Part shown: positions 7,938 to 17,171 of the stretch, in pieces
Numbering within the stretch: the stretch's first letter is position 1
Layout: each line of letters starts with the position of its first letter
Virus record (IMG/VR): IMGVR_UViG_3300045974_000429
Location: 1-64,000 of that record
Reading direction: 5' to 3' (one strand)
DNA from: a virus
DNA length: 64,000 nt
Translations under genes and position numbers: made by a program
Notes under the pieces: model-generated
Told to the model about the DNA's origin: nothing
The model's database searches: none
Seen by the model: only the letters and a program-made list of their open reading frames with translations

Positions 7938-9082
7938 GGCGACTCCTTCTTCTTGAGCGAGCGAGAGATCGAGGGCAACGAGTTCGGCGCGTCGCCGCTG
8001 ATGGTGGCGAGGTAGACGCTCATCCCGTTGGAGACGCAGGTCGCCGTGCCGTCGCCGTGCCCACCCATCGGCAGCGCGCCGCACGACAGGTAGAGGTTGT
8101 TCTTGGCGCGCCGCTTGTTCAGCCACTCCTCGGCGCGCTGCCACGCCTCCACGCTGGCGCCGCAGATCAGGTCGCGGTCGTAGCTGCCGGCGTGGCACTG
8201 CGACGGCCGGAGGCGATATTCGGAGAGAAGCGGCGCGGCCTTGAGGAGCGCGCGGTGATCCCGCATGTCGAGCTTCTCCCAGGCGCTCCGCTGGGAGTTG
8301 AACAGGGGCAAGCTGGCGTAGCGAAACGGCGCGGTCCAGGAGGACGAGTCCACGCTGTACCAGGGGAAGTTCTTGAGTGTGTTCCAAGAGGTCATCCCGA
8401 AACCGTGAACCCGCACATCGGGTGGCAATTGGGCGAATGACTGCCGCAGCCACGCAGCCACGAAATCGGGCCGGGCGGAATGCGGCACCATCCCGCCGAA
8501 GGCTAGGTAGTCGGTTCGTCCGAACCAATGCTGTAGATATTTCGGATCTTCCCCCAGATGAAAAACCGGCAATATCTGAACGCAGGACACCCGGCGGAGC
8601 AATTCCTCCGTGGCCCACTGCGTGGCCGCGGGGTCTCCAATTACGTCGAACCCGGCCGCGCAGGTGAAGAGATGCCCCCACCGATTCAACCACTCGGCGT
8701 AACCATCCAACCCAACCGGAGTTCCCGTGGTGAAAGCCGAGAATGCCCCAGAGTCGGCGAAGAGGTCCACCTTCCGATCCGGGAAACAGGCCGAGAGCAG
8801 CGCCTGAATATCCTCATCTCGGTAGTAGAAATAGGAAAGGAGCAGGCGAAGCGGGCGCCGAGGAGGGGCGCGCCCAATATTCGGCACGTCGCGCTGAATA
8901 GCTGGACCCGTAGGCATTCCGAAGTAGATCCGCCCTCCAGAGGCCAACGCCTGCTCACATTGGGTGGGCGGCGCAAGCGCCTCCATGGAACCGCCGCCAC
9001 GCCCCAAATAACCCGGCGTATCGCTCATGGCGCGCATATCAGCCCCCCCCCGTCCCTGCGCGTCACCGAGATAGATTTGCAC
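7934..9082 (-). CDS. dpdA: DpdA/TGT-fold deazaguanine DNA transglycosylase
   Basis: LFADSGAFSA, FDVIGD, ILPVFH, LAFGGMV, VHGFG, YSVDSSSW; embedded among que genes; GTG at 9082 after AGGAG (start uncertain). Confidence 0.8.
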   Translation of the reverse strand: MQIYLGDAQGRGGADMRAMSDTPGYLGRGGGSMEALAPPTQCEQALASGGRIYFGMPTGPAIQRDVPNIGRAPPRRPLRLLLSYFYYRDEDIQALLSACFPDRKVDLFADSGAFSAFTTGTPVGLDGYAEWLNRWGHLFTCAAGFDVIGDPAATQWATEELLRRVSCVQILPVFHLGEDPKYLQHWFGRTDYLAFGGMVPHSARPDFVAAWLRQSFAQLPPDVRVHGFGMTSWNTLKNFPWYSVDSSSWTAPFRYASLPLFNSQRSAWEKLDMRDHRALLKAAPLLSEYRLRPSQCHAGSYDRDLICGASVEAWQRAEEWLNKRRAKNNLYLSCGALPMGGHGDGTATCVSNGMSVYLATISGDAPNSLPSISRSLKKKESP

Positions 9083-9165
9083 AACCCACTCCTGATGCTC
9101 TGAGGTGACCCGTCGGCGCCCAATGAGTTGGGATGCGAATAGGTGCAGCCAAGATATATTATCAT
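9025..9165 (-). CDS. Short ORF (46 aa) coupled to queC, overlapping the dpdA 5' end
   Basis: ATG overlaps the queC TGA; MIIYLG start resembles the QIYLG/RIYFG/SVYLA segments of DpdA. Confidence 0.4.
   Translation of the reverse strand: MIIYLGCTYSHPNSLGADGSPQSIRSGLCKSISVTRRDGGGLICAP
9043..9051 (-). repeat. G9 homopolymer in the 5' region of dpdA
   Basis: Nine consecutive C on the + strand. Confidence 0.9.
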
Positions 9166-9848
9166 CTCTCCGCTGGGTCCGACTCGCCGGCCTCTGCGAA
9201 TCCCTTGGCGCGCAGCACGCAGGCCGCGCAAACGCCGCAGCCGGGGCGCTTGCCCTCGTAGCAGGTCCGCGATAGCGCGAGCGCCTCCCAGCAGCCGGGG
9301 AGCCGCCTCGCGAGCTTCACGGACTCGGCCTTGGTGATGTGCATGAGGGGGGTGTGGATGCGGAGCGGGCCGGCGCTGGATGGCATCGCGAGCGTGAGCG
9401 CCTTCTCCATCGCGTCGATGAACTCGCGCCGGCAATCCGGGTAGCCCGAGTAGTCGGTCTGGCAGACGCCGGTGTAGATGTCTCTCGCACCTTCCCGTAC
9501 CGCGATGGCCGCGGCGACCCCGAGCAGGAGCGCGTTGCGCCCCGGCACGAACGAGGAGGGGAGCCCCTGCGGCATGGCGGCGTCCGGGATGCCTCCTTCC
9601 CAGGTCAGCGGCTTGGAGGCGTCGGTGAGGGCGCTGGAGGTGGTGAGCTTGCCGAGGGCTTCCAGCTCCACGCGCTCGAAGGGAACCCCGGCCAGCTTGG
9701 CGATCTCCTCCGCGGAAGCGCGCTCAGCCACGTGCCGCTGGCCGTAGCCGATGCTGACGGCGTGGACGCCGTCGTGCAGCGTCTTCGCGAGGTAGAGGGT
9801 GGTGGTGGAATCCTGGCCGCCGGAAAGCAGAACGACTGCGCGCGTCAT
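9162..9848 (-). CDS. queC: 7-cyano-7-deazaguanine synthase
   Basis: AVVLLSGGQDS, YGQRH, FVPGRN, SGYPDCR, TCY...CGVCAACVLR. Confidence 0.96.
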   Translation of the reverse strand: MTRAVVLLSGGQDSTTTLYLAKTLHDGVHAVSIGYGQRHVAERASAEEIAKLAGVPFERVELEALGKLTTSSALTDASKPLTWEGGIPDAAMPQGLPSSFVPGRNALLLGVAAAIAVREGARDIYTGVCQTDYSGYPDCRREFIDAMEKALTLAMPSSAGPLRIHTPLMHITKAESVKLARRLPGCWEALALSRTCYEGKRPGCGVCAACVLRAKGFAEAGESDPAER

Positions 9849-10486
9849 GCGAGACTCCTTGTGAGCAGGGAGAGAAGCTCAGCTCTGGCCGGTGCGTCGC
9901 TGCGGAAGCAGCCGAGCATGGTCGAGGTGGTGGTGATGTGGCCCGGAGCCTTCACACCCCTCATGCTCATGCAGAGGTGCTCGGCCTGGAGGATGACGCC
10001 GACGCCCAAGGGGCGGAGCTGGCACTGGAGGTGCTCGGCGACCTGCTCCGTGATCTGCTCCTGGGTCTGGAAGCGGTGCGCGAAATGCTCCACGACTCGG
10101 GCGAGCTTGGAGAGCCCGACGATCTGCTTGCTCTCGCCGGGCAGATAACCCACCGCCGCGGATCCCACGAAGGGGAGGCCGTGGTGGGCGCAGACCGAGT
10201 AGAACGGGATCTTGCCGACCGCAATGATCGCGTCGTAATTCCCGTTCGGGAACGTCGTCAGCTTGGGAGGCGTTTCCCGCTGCGTGTGCCAGGAGAGCAG
10301 GAACTTCGCCACGCGGTCGGGGCTGTCCTTGAGATGCGGATCTTGGAGGTCGTAGCCGAGAGCTTGGATGATCTGCGCCCAAGCCAGGGCGATGACGGCC
10401 TGCCGTTCCGCGTGCGGGTCTTGCACCATGCCAGAGCACCTCTTGCCGGAAACCTTAGCGCGCTTCACGCGCCCGTGTCTAGTCAT
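9845..10486 (-). CDS. folE: GTP cyclohydrolase I
   Basis: SPDRVAK, FYSVCAHHGLPF, VGLSKLAR, QTQEQIT, AEHLCMSMRGV. Confidence 0.95.
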   Translation of the reverse strand: MTRHGRVKRAKVSGKRCSGMVQDPHAERQAVIALAWAQIIQALGYDLQDPHLKDSPDRVAKFLLSWHTQRETPPKLTTFPNGNYDAIIAVGKIPFYSVCAHHGLPFVGSAAVGYLPGESKQIVGLSKLARVVEHFAHRFQTQEQITEQVAEHLQCQLRPLGVGVILQAEHLCMSMRGVKAPGHITTTSTMLGCFRSDAPARAELLSLLTRSLA

Positions 10487-11108
10487 CTGCGCCCCCTTCC
10501 GAATAGCGAGTATTGCCGCCGCGCAAGATCCAACGGCGCAACAGTCACAGCGAATCGCGAGGCTGAGGTTCCATCGAAGCTGTCTGCTCCAGCAGCCGCG
10601 CACCGCGCGATCCTGCGCGCAGTATTCACCCGCCCAACGTGGAGCCAGCAACCCCGCTCCCGCGCGAGGCTGCCCCAAGCCTCCATCGTCGAAAGCTTCC
10701 AATCAGTGCTGCCTCCAATAAATATTCCAACTCGCGGCCCGAGGTACGGCCGCACATCCGCAGCGCGCATTCCATCCTGCACAGCCAGTAGAGCCTTCGG
10801 AGCACTCCCAAGAACTCGGTCAACCCAAGAAATTGAGAGAGAGAGAGAGAAGCTGAACCGCCGGCTACAATATCGGGAAGAACTACCCAATCAGCTCCGG
10901 CTCCGAGGACGCGCAAGCTTCTCTCGAACCCGACGAAGTCGAACTCTCGCTTCTGCTGGTAGGCAGACCACGCTCCATTATCCAGGGCATAGAGAAACCC
11001 AGCCAAAGGCTTCTGGCGCGTCTGAGGCGACATGAGAAGGCGCCAACCGGCCACTCTCAACGCTTGGAGATTTCGCCTCGTTCCGGTGATTGTGGCATAA
11101 GCAATCAC
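10483..11108 (-). pseudogene. Second TGT-fold/DpdA-like gene, frameshifted at (TC)8
   Basis: 5' half has YALDNGAW and LPDIVAGG; 3' half in another frame has AVQDGM, IFIGGST, HVGRVN and DSFDGTS; removing one TC gives a single 207-aa ORF overlapping both neighbours. Confidence 0.8.
10835..10850. repeat. (GA)8/(TC)8 microsatellite at the frameshift
   Basis: GAGAGAGAGAGAGAGA on the + strand. Confidence 0.95.
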
Positions 11109-12775
11109 GCCACGCTCACGCGGCCCTTGTCTACCGTCAGCCGCAGCTTCGCGGGGAGCCGCTCCGCCAGCTCGGGACTGTGCGTGATGACGACCACGCA
11201 GCGGGTGCGCGCCAATTCCTCCAGCGCCTCGGACACGGCCGCCAGTCCGTCCGGGTCCAGCGCATCGGCGACCTCGTCCAGGAAGAGCGTTCCGGGCGCC
11301 TTCCCGGCCGCGGCCGCCGCGATCTCGGAGAGCGCCAGGAGCAGCGCCACGTCCACGCGGCGCCGCTCGCCGCCCGACAGGGAATCGTATTCCCGGAGCT
11401 GGCCGCCGACCGGCCCGAGCTTGATGGACAGGACATCCGACTGCCCGCCGGCCTTCTTCTCGGAGTAGGCCGAGAGCTTCATCTCCATCGCGCCGCGAGA
11501 GAGCCTGGACAGCCAGGAGGCGCCCGCGCTCTCCAGGCCGGCGAGCGCGCGAGCGAGGACGTGGGCGCGGGCGCCCTTCATCCCGAGCACCTTATCCACG
11601 GCGCGCAGCAGGTCGGCCCGAGCCTGCTCCGCGGCCACGCGCGCCTGAGCGCCCGCGCGGTCTTCCAGAACGGCCAACCGGGCGGTGGAGGCGCGCTGCA
11701 GGGCTGCATCCGCGCGAGCGTGAGCCTCCGCCCGAGCCGTCACGGCCGCCACCTCCTGCCGGAGCGCCTGCGCGCGCCGCCGGAGGGCGTCGGCCTCCTC
11801 GTCCAGCTCCTCCGCCTCCTGGCGGGCCTGGGCGGCCTCCTGGCGGGCTTGCTGCTCGGCTGCTCGGGCGCGGGTGGCCTCCGCGGCGACCAAGGCCGTG
11901 AGCTGCTCCACGAGGTCCGCGGGGACGTGCTGGCGGCACGTCGGGCACTCGGCCTTGCCGGAGAGCGCCCCGAGACGCTGCGTGAGCCCGCGGAGGTCCG
12001 CGCCCTTGCCGGCCATGCCGGAGAGCGCTTGCTGCTCCCTGCCGCGAGCCGCGCGGGCTTCCTTCTGGGCGTCCGCGGCGAGCTTCTCCTGCTTGGCGGC
12101 TTTCTCCTGGAGCAGCTCCTTGTCGAGCGCGGGAGGAGGCGCGGCCTGAACTTCTGCGGCGGCGGCGGCGACCGCCTTCTCGGCGGCCTCCAGCTTGGCG
12201 GCAGCCACCGCGAGGTCGCGCTCCGCGATGCCGGCCTTCGTCTCCGCCTGCGCCAGCTCCGCCCGGCAGCGGACGAGGGCGGCGTCGAACCTATCGATGC
12301 CGAGCAGGCGCTCCATGAGCCGCTTGCGCTCCGCATCCGTGGCGGTCGAGAAGTGGGCGGCGTCGGAAGAGGAGAAAACGTGCGTGCGGCGCCAAACCTC
12401 CCACGGCCCAACGATCTGCTCCAGGGCCTCCTGCGCCTTGGTGGCCGTGTCGTAGATCGTGGATTGCTGGCCGGGGACCGTCCAGAAGAGAGAAGTTTTC
12501 CCGCCGTCCGAGCGGTCGCGCTGCGCTTCCAGCTCGCCGATGCCGCTCGACATCAGGGCTCCGGCCTGGACCGCTGCCTGTCCCTTCGCGCCATCCCGCC
12601 AGGGGGCGGAGCCGCGCAAGCTCTTGCCCCAGAGCGCGGCCGAGACGGCTTCCACGAGGCTGCTCTTGCCGCTGCCGTTGGGGCCCGCGACCGTGACGAG
12701 GCCGGCAGGCGGCAGCGAGATGATCGTCCGGTCGTGGGAGGTGAAGCCGGAGAGGGCGATCTTGTCGATGTTCAC
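11105..12775 (-). CDS. sbcC: SbcC/Rad50-like ATPase
   Basis: GPNGSGKSS Walker A, coiled coil with CPTC hook, LSGGE signature, LFLDEVADALD, VITH. Confidence 0.92.
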   Translation of the reverse strand: MNIDKIALSGFTSHDRTIISLPPAGLVTVAGPNGSGKSSLVEAVSAALWGKSLRGSAPWRDGAKGQAAVQAGALMSSGIGELEAQRDRSDGGKTSLFWTVPGQQSTIYDTATKAQEALEQIVGPWEVWRRTHVFSSSDAAHFSTATDAERKRLMERLLGIDRFDAALVRCRAELAQAETKAGIAERDLAVAAAKLEAAEKAVAAAAAEVQAAPPPALDKELLQEKAAKQEKLAADAQKEARAARGREQQALSGMAGKGADLRGLTQRLGALSGKAECPTCRQHVPADLVEQLTALVAAEATRARAAEQQARQEAAQARQEAEELDEEADALRRRAQALRQEVAAVTARAEAHARADAALQRASTARLAVLEDRAGAQARVAAEQARADLLRAVDKVLGMKGARAHVLARALAGLESAGASWLSRLSRGAMEMKLSAYSEKKAGGQSDVLSIKLGPVGGQLREYDSLSGGERRRVDVALLLALSEIAAAAAGKAPGTLFLDEVADALDPDGLAAVSEALEELARTRCVVVITHSPELAERLPAKLRLTVDKGRVSVA

Positions 12776-12978
12776 GCGCCCTCCAGCCGCGCAATGATCT
12801 CCGCCGCGATCTCGATGACGGCCTCGCCGGGGTCGGCCGACACCATCAGGAGCCAGCCGGCGAACAGGATGGCGTCCTCCTTGGAGATCGGAACACATGC
12901 CGGGGGCGGCTTAAGGATCAAGACCTGCCCGTGAGCCTTGCCGCCGCGCGCCACCATGTACTTGTTGAACGTCTCCAT
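12772..12978 (-). CDS. Small hypothetical protein (68 aa)
   Basis: ATG at 12978; start and stop overlap both neighbours. Confidence 0.6.
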   Translation of the reverse strand: METFNKYMVARGGKAHGQVLILKPPPACVPISKEDAILFAGWLLMVSADPGEAVIEIAAEIIARLEGA

Positions 12979-13367
12979 CACGCCCTCCAGTTGAGCACCG
13001 GCAGGACGAGGCCCGGCGCCGTCTCGGCGATCACCGCCATCTTGGTCAACTCCGGCAAGTCGAACACGGCGACGCCGTGCTCCAGCATGACCCGGAAGAG
13101 GTCGCCGGCCGAGGCCGCGAACTCCACCCGCCGAGCCTGTGCGTTCTCCCACGCCCGCAGCTTGCGAGCCTGTCGATCTGAGAGCAGCGCCCGAAGAGCC
13201 ATGAGCACGCCCCGGATGTGCTTGCAGTCCTCGCGGCGCGCCGCTCCGCGGGTCCAGGCCGGGCACGAGCACCCGATCTTTCCCTGCTCCGCGCCTTCCG
13301 TCTGCAAGCAGATGGAATACGGCTTGTCGGCGGTTCCGTAGACGTTCGCGATGTGCGCCCAGGCCAT
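12978..13367 (-). CDS. SWIM zinc-finger protein
   Basis: GCSCPAW...DCKH; GGAGG RBS. Confidence 0.75.
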   Translation of the reverse strand: MAWAHIANVYGTADKPYSICLQTEGAEQGKIGCSCPAWTRGAARREDCKHIRGVLMALRALLSDRQARKLRAWENAQARRVEFAASAGDLFRVMLEHGVAVFDLPELTKMAVIAETAPGLVLPVLNWRA

Positions 13368-13381
13368 GAGTTTCCTCCGGG

Positions 13382-14074
13382 TCAGTTGTCGAAGAAGAAG
13401 ACCACCCGCACATTGCTCACTCCACCGCTGGCGCCCGCGATCTCCTCCAGGCGCGGCATCAGCGCGGAACAGAACTCGCGCGCCAAATGCTTTCTGGACA
13501 CAGTCCAGGAGACGTTGACGGCCAGGGTCGGGTCGAGCTTCTCCAGGGCCTCGGCCGCTTCCCGCCGCTGATCACGCTCAAGCGGCGTCCCGCGGTAGGT
13601 GGCGAATCCGTCTTCCTGCTCGTCGGCGGGCCTCTCCGGCCCGGCCTTGTCGGAGATCAACGCCAGCAGCTTCTCGTGCGAGAGCGAATCGCGCTGACGC
13701 CCCCACGCGAGCACATCGCCGGGGGTGCCCGTCTCCAGCCAGCGCAGGAACCCCGCCGGCCCTACCTGCGCCTCCAGCTCCTCTGCCGATGCGAGCCAAT
13801 CGTAAGCGAGGAGCTGCGCGAGCGTGTGGTGAGAGTGGGAGTGGGAGTGCCCGTCCATGCCCCATGCCTTCACCGCATGAAGGTACTCGGCCGAGGCATC
13901 CTCCGGCACGCCGCGCGGCTCCGCGATGGCCGGGAGTCCGTCCCGCCTGACGGCCGCGAGCATCCCGAAGAGTTGATAGTTGCGCCCGAAGTTGCACTCC
14001 GGGAGCCTAACCATCTGCCAGGGAGCCTTCTTGCTCTTGCGCCGCTCGACGAACAGGTGGATGTCGCAGCCCAC
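13382..14074 (-). CDS. Conserved phage hypothetical protein
   Basis: MGCDIH start, RNYQLFGMLAAVR, PRGVPEDAS, C-terminal RVVFFFDN pattern. Confidence 0.75.
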   Translation of the reverse strand: MGCDIHLFVERRKSKKAPWQMVRLPECNFGRNYQLFGMLAAVRRDGLPAIAEPRGVPEDASAEYLHAVKAWGMDGHSHSHSHHTLAQLLAYDWLASAEELEAQVGPAGFLRWLETGTPGDVLAWGRQRDSLSHEKLLALISDKAGPERPADEQEDGFATYRGTPLERDQRREAAEALEKLDPTLAVNVSWTVSRKHLAREFCSALMPRLEEIAGASGGVSNVRVVFFFDN

Positions 14075-14075
14075 G

Positions 14076-14441
14076 CTATTCGCCGCCCTGAAGGGCGCCC
14101 TCGTCGGCGATGAGTTTGTAGAGGAGCAGGTAGTTGATCATGTCCACGAGGCGCCCCTCGATGGGCTCGCTCTCGACCTGCCCGTCCCGCGCGTGCTTCA
14201 TCACCGCGGTCCAATGTTTGTGGGCGTAGACCGCCCAGACCTGCCGCATCGGCAGGCCCAGATCGATTGCCGCGCCGCGGAAATTGCGGACCCGGTCGAG
14301 ATGCCCCTGGCCGACCGTGTAGTCCGCGCCCTTCGCATCGAGCACCCTGGCGCACTCCTCCAGGAGCGCCTGCATCGCCGGCTCCCGGAGGATGACGCCC
14401 TGCTTCGCCTTCTGCACCGCGTTTCCCATGTTGCCTCCCAT
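14076..14441 (-). CDS. Nucleotide-modification-associated, MazG-like helical protein
   Basis: LDAKGADY...NF...KH...SEPIEGRLVDMINY pattern; ATG 6 nt after the 27-bp motif. Confidence 0.6.
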   Translation of the reverse strand: MGGNMGNAVQKAKQGVILREPAMQALLEECARVLDAKGADYTVGQGHLDRVRNFRGAAIDLGLPMRQVWAVYAHKHWTAVMKHARDGQVESEPIEGRLVDMINYLLLYKLIADEGALQGGE

Positions 14442-14447
14442 GCCTAT

Positions 14448-14474
14448 ATCCTTGCGCGGAGGGGGCGAAATTAC
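14448..14474 (-). promoter_or_regulatory. 27-bp phage promoter-like motif, copy 3
   Basis: Minus strand GTAATTTCGCCCCCTCCGCGCAAGGAT-N6-ATG. Confidence 0.65.
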
Positions 14475-14485
14475 GCGCCGGCGGA

Positions 14486-14836
14486 TCAGTTCGCGCCCTC
14501 GACCGGCCCGCCCGGCAGAGGGTTGAAGCTGGCTGGCTGCTGGTCGCTGGTGTACTCCCACAGCCGCTGCGCGTGGACGTGCAGGAGGTCGGCCGCCACC
14601 ACGGCATCGCGCAGGTGACCCGGCGCGAGGATCTGGCCGCTCGCGTCCACGATGGGACCGCGCGACTGCACGATCCGCGTCAGGCCACCGTCGATGCCGA
14701 CGATGCCGACCACGATGGCGAGGCAGTGACCCTCGCGGATGTCGGTCTCGGTCACCTCAATCAGGTGCCGCGCGAACTCTCGCGCCTTGTTGGTCTTCTC
14801 CACGTCGATGACGTACTTCGGATCGTCCACCATCAT
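14486..14836 (-). CDS. Hypothetical protein
   Basis: AGGAGG RBS; fills the gap after sbcD. Confidence 0.65.
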   Translation of the reverse strand: MMVDDPKYVIDVEKTNKAREFARHLIEVTETDIREGHCLAIVVGIVGIDGGLTRIVQSRGPIVDASGQILAPGHLRDAVVAADLLHVHAQRLWEYTSDQQPASFNPLPGGPVEGAN

Positions 14837-14845
14837 GTGCGCCTC

Positions 14846-15955
14846 CTATCCGGCAGCGAGAAACCGCCGGCACTCCGACAAGACCGCCTCCCGGCTCACG
14901 CTCTCCGGGATCTGCATCGCGCCCACGAATGCGGCGAGCACCTCGTCCAGCCCCGCGCCGCTGGCGGCCTGGGCGCGCTCCGCGGCGTTACGGGCGGCCG
15001 AGCGAGCGGCGCTCGCCCCGTCGCCGAGATCCAGGACGACCTCGCAGGCCCGGAGGCGGCCGGACTCCACGAGGTACTCGGCGCGCGCCCGGCAGGCGGC
15101 TTCCTCATCCTCCGGCCCGACCGACCAGCGGACATAGGCGTCTCGGGAAGGCGGCGGCTGAACGTGCTCCGGGTCGCAGGAGATACTCAGGAAGCGCGGT
15201 CCTGGGATCTCCTCCCTGGAGAGCTTGCCCGTCTTGGAGTCCCAGATCGCCAGCGTCCCGTAGCCCTCCATGCCGAAATTGTCCCAGCCGGTCGGGACCA
15301 GCGCCCCGATCTGGCAAATATTCCCCCATGCGTGGAACCCGTGCCAATTTCCCGCCAGAACTGCCGAGATGCCCTGCGCGGACAGTGCTTGAAGCGCCTC
15401 CAGCTCGACTGCGTCGTGCGCGTCGCGCAGGTAGGGCGGCGTGGCGCCCGTCACGATGCCAACATGCGTCACGAGCGCCCGAGGCTTCCCGTTCCCGGCG
15501 CCGAGCCCGAGGGCGGCCACGGACTCCGGGAGCCACTTGCGGGCGTCGCCGGGCTGGAACGGGACCAGGAGCAGGTCTGCCGAGCCGGCGGCCACCACGC
15601 GCGGCACCTCCACGACCTCGACGTGCGGCAGCGCCCGGAGCGGCCCGAGGGCGTTGTCGCCCTCCTTGGCGCTGACGATGTCGTGGTTGCCGGCGATGAT
15701 GAATGTCTTGATCGGGCGCTCCGAGGCGGACAGGGCCTCCTGCGCCCGGCGGACGAGCTGCGGGGACGGGCTGGCGGCGTCGAAGAGGTCGCCGGCGACG
15801 ACGAACCGCTCGCAGCCGGCGCGCTCCGCGGCCTGGACGGCCAGGGCCAGCGCGTTCGCGATCTCCTCCGCCCGCCGATTCAGCCCGGCGACCGTTTCAC
15901 CGCCGTGGACGCGGTGATTGGCGAGGTGGACATCGGCCACGCAGGCGACGCGCAC
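14846..15955 (-). CDS. sbcD: SbcD/Mre11-like metallophosphoesterase nuclease
   Basis: ADVHL, AGDLFD, AGNHD, THVG and GNWH motifs. Confidence 0.9.
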   Translation of the reverse strand: MRVACVADVHLANHRVHGGETVAGLNRRAEEIANALALAVQAAERAGCERFVVAGDLFDAASPSPQLVRRAQEALSASERPIKTFIIAGNHDIVSAKEGDNALGPLRALPHVEVVEVPRVVAAGSADLLLVPFQPGDARKWLPESVAALGLGAGNGKPRALVTHVGIVTGATPPYLRDAHDAVELEALQALSAQGISAVLAGNWHGFHAWGNICQIGALVPTGWDNFGMEGYGTLAIWDSKTGKLSREEIPGPRFLSISCDPEHVQPPPSRDAYVRWSVGPEDEEAACRARAEYLVESGRLRACEVVLDLGDGASAARSAARNAAERAQAASGAGLDEVLAAFVGAMQIPESVSREAVLSECRRFLAAG

Positions 15956-16158
15956 TAGATCCCCTCCTTCTCAGCCCACCACCCGTTCACGACCAACGTG
16001 CCCGCGTCGCCCGGCTTCCAGATTTCGCTGTCGTCGTGGATCTGGCTCTTCGGGATCCAAACCTCCCGCCCATCATCCAGGCAGACTAGCAGCGCCTTCG
16101 CCGTCTCCCGAATCACTCGACAACCCGCCCGCTCCTCCGGTTCCTGTCCCACGCGCAT
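15955..16158 (-). CDS. Small hypothetical protein
   Basis: ETAKALLV...EVWIPKSQI pattern; overlaps both neighbours. Confidence 0.7.
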   Translation of the reverse strand: MRVGQEPEERAGCRVIRETAKALLVCLDDGREVWIPKSQIHDDSEIWKPGDAGTLVVNGWWAEKEGI

Positions 16159-17171
16159 CAGGCTTCCTCCTTCTGAGCCGACACGACGTCGGCCTCCGCG
16201 GCTTCAACCGGCGCCGGGGCGGCGCCCCAGCCCAAATCCTTGCGCGCAGCCTCGTAGTTCGCGAGCGTGGGCCTGGAGGACTCCGGCAGGCAGCCCATTT
16301 CCTTCGCGTGCTCGCAGAGGCTCCACAGCTCGTCCCAGCCGCGGTCGAAGGTAAAGCGCACCTTCGCCTCCCGGTGGGGGACGGCGTGGCGGTTCTTGAT
16401 GGTCCTGAAGCTGGGAACCTGCCCGACCACGGCATCCTTCACCTTCAACTTCTCGCCGGGGTAGAGGCGCACCCGCAGGGAGCAGTGGAACTTGGGTGCG
16501 TCGCCGCCCGGCGTGTAGGTCGGGTCGCCGAAGGACACGCCCACCTTCTTGCGGATCTGGTTCGTGAACATGACGTGGGCGCGGGCGCGGAGCGCCACGG
16601 TCGTCAGGCCGCGGACGAGCTTCGCGACCTGCCCGGCCTTCTTGCCCATCGCGTCGCCGGAGGTGTCGCCCTCGACCTCCGCGTTGGTGGCGGAGCCGCC
16701 GATGGAGTCGTAGACGATCAGCGCTGGAACCGAGCCGTCGAGCGCGCCGGCCGCCGCGAGCATCGCCGGGACGTACTCCTCCAGCGTGTCGCACTGCACG
16801 AGCATCACCCGCGCCGGGTCCACGCCGAAGGTCTTCGCGCGCTCCTCGTTGAAGGAGTGCTCCGCGTCGCCGTAGATGCCGATGCCGCCCATGCGCTGAA
16901 CGCTGGCGATGGCCAGGAGGGAGAGGCTGGTCTTGCCCGCGCTCTCGGGGCCGGACCACTCGGAGGAGCGGCCGATGGGCAGACCGCCGGTGCCGATGAT
17001 CCAGCGGTCGAGAACGGAGATGCCTGTCGGGATGACCTCGCCGGCGCCGTCCCGCACGCCGCCTTCCGAGAGGCGGACGGCAAAATCGGTGCGCTTGAGC
17101 TTGGAGCGGACCGCCTCCAGCGCCGCATCGAGCGCGCGAGCGGCGGCCTTCGATGGATCTGGCTTGACCAC
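16158..17171 (-). CDS. recA: RecA/UvsX recombinase
   Basis: IPTG...LD...GGLP, GPESAGKT, DAEHS, YDSIG, TNQIR, TPGGDAPKF; GTG start at 17171 inferred. Confidence 0.92.
   Translation of the reverse strand: MVKPDPSKAAARALDAALEAVRSKLKRTDFAVRLSEGGVRDGAGEVIPTGISVLDRWIIGTGGLPIGRSSEWSGPESAGKTSLSLLAIASVQRMGGIGIYGDAEHSFNEERAKTFGVDPARVMLVQCDTLEEYVPAMLAAAGALDGSVPALIVYDSIGGSATNAEVEGDTSGDAMGKKAGQVAKLVRGLTTVALRARAHVMFTNQIRKKVGVSFGDPTYTPGGDAPKFHCSLRVRLYPGEKLKVKDAVVGQVPSFRTIKNRHAVPHREAKVRFTFDRGWDELWSLCEHAKEMGCLPESSRPTLANYEAARKDLGWGAAPAPVEAAEADVVSAQKEEA

Noticed and set aside
16237-16247. ATCCTTGCGCG core of the 27-bp motif inside recA; similar core at about 26869-26880
   Set aside because: Both lack the GTRATTTC half and the start-codon geometry.
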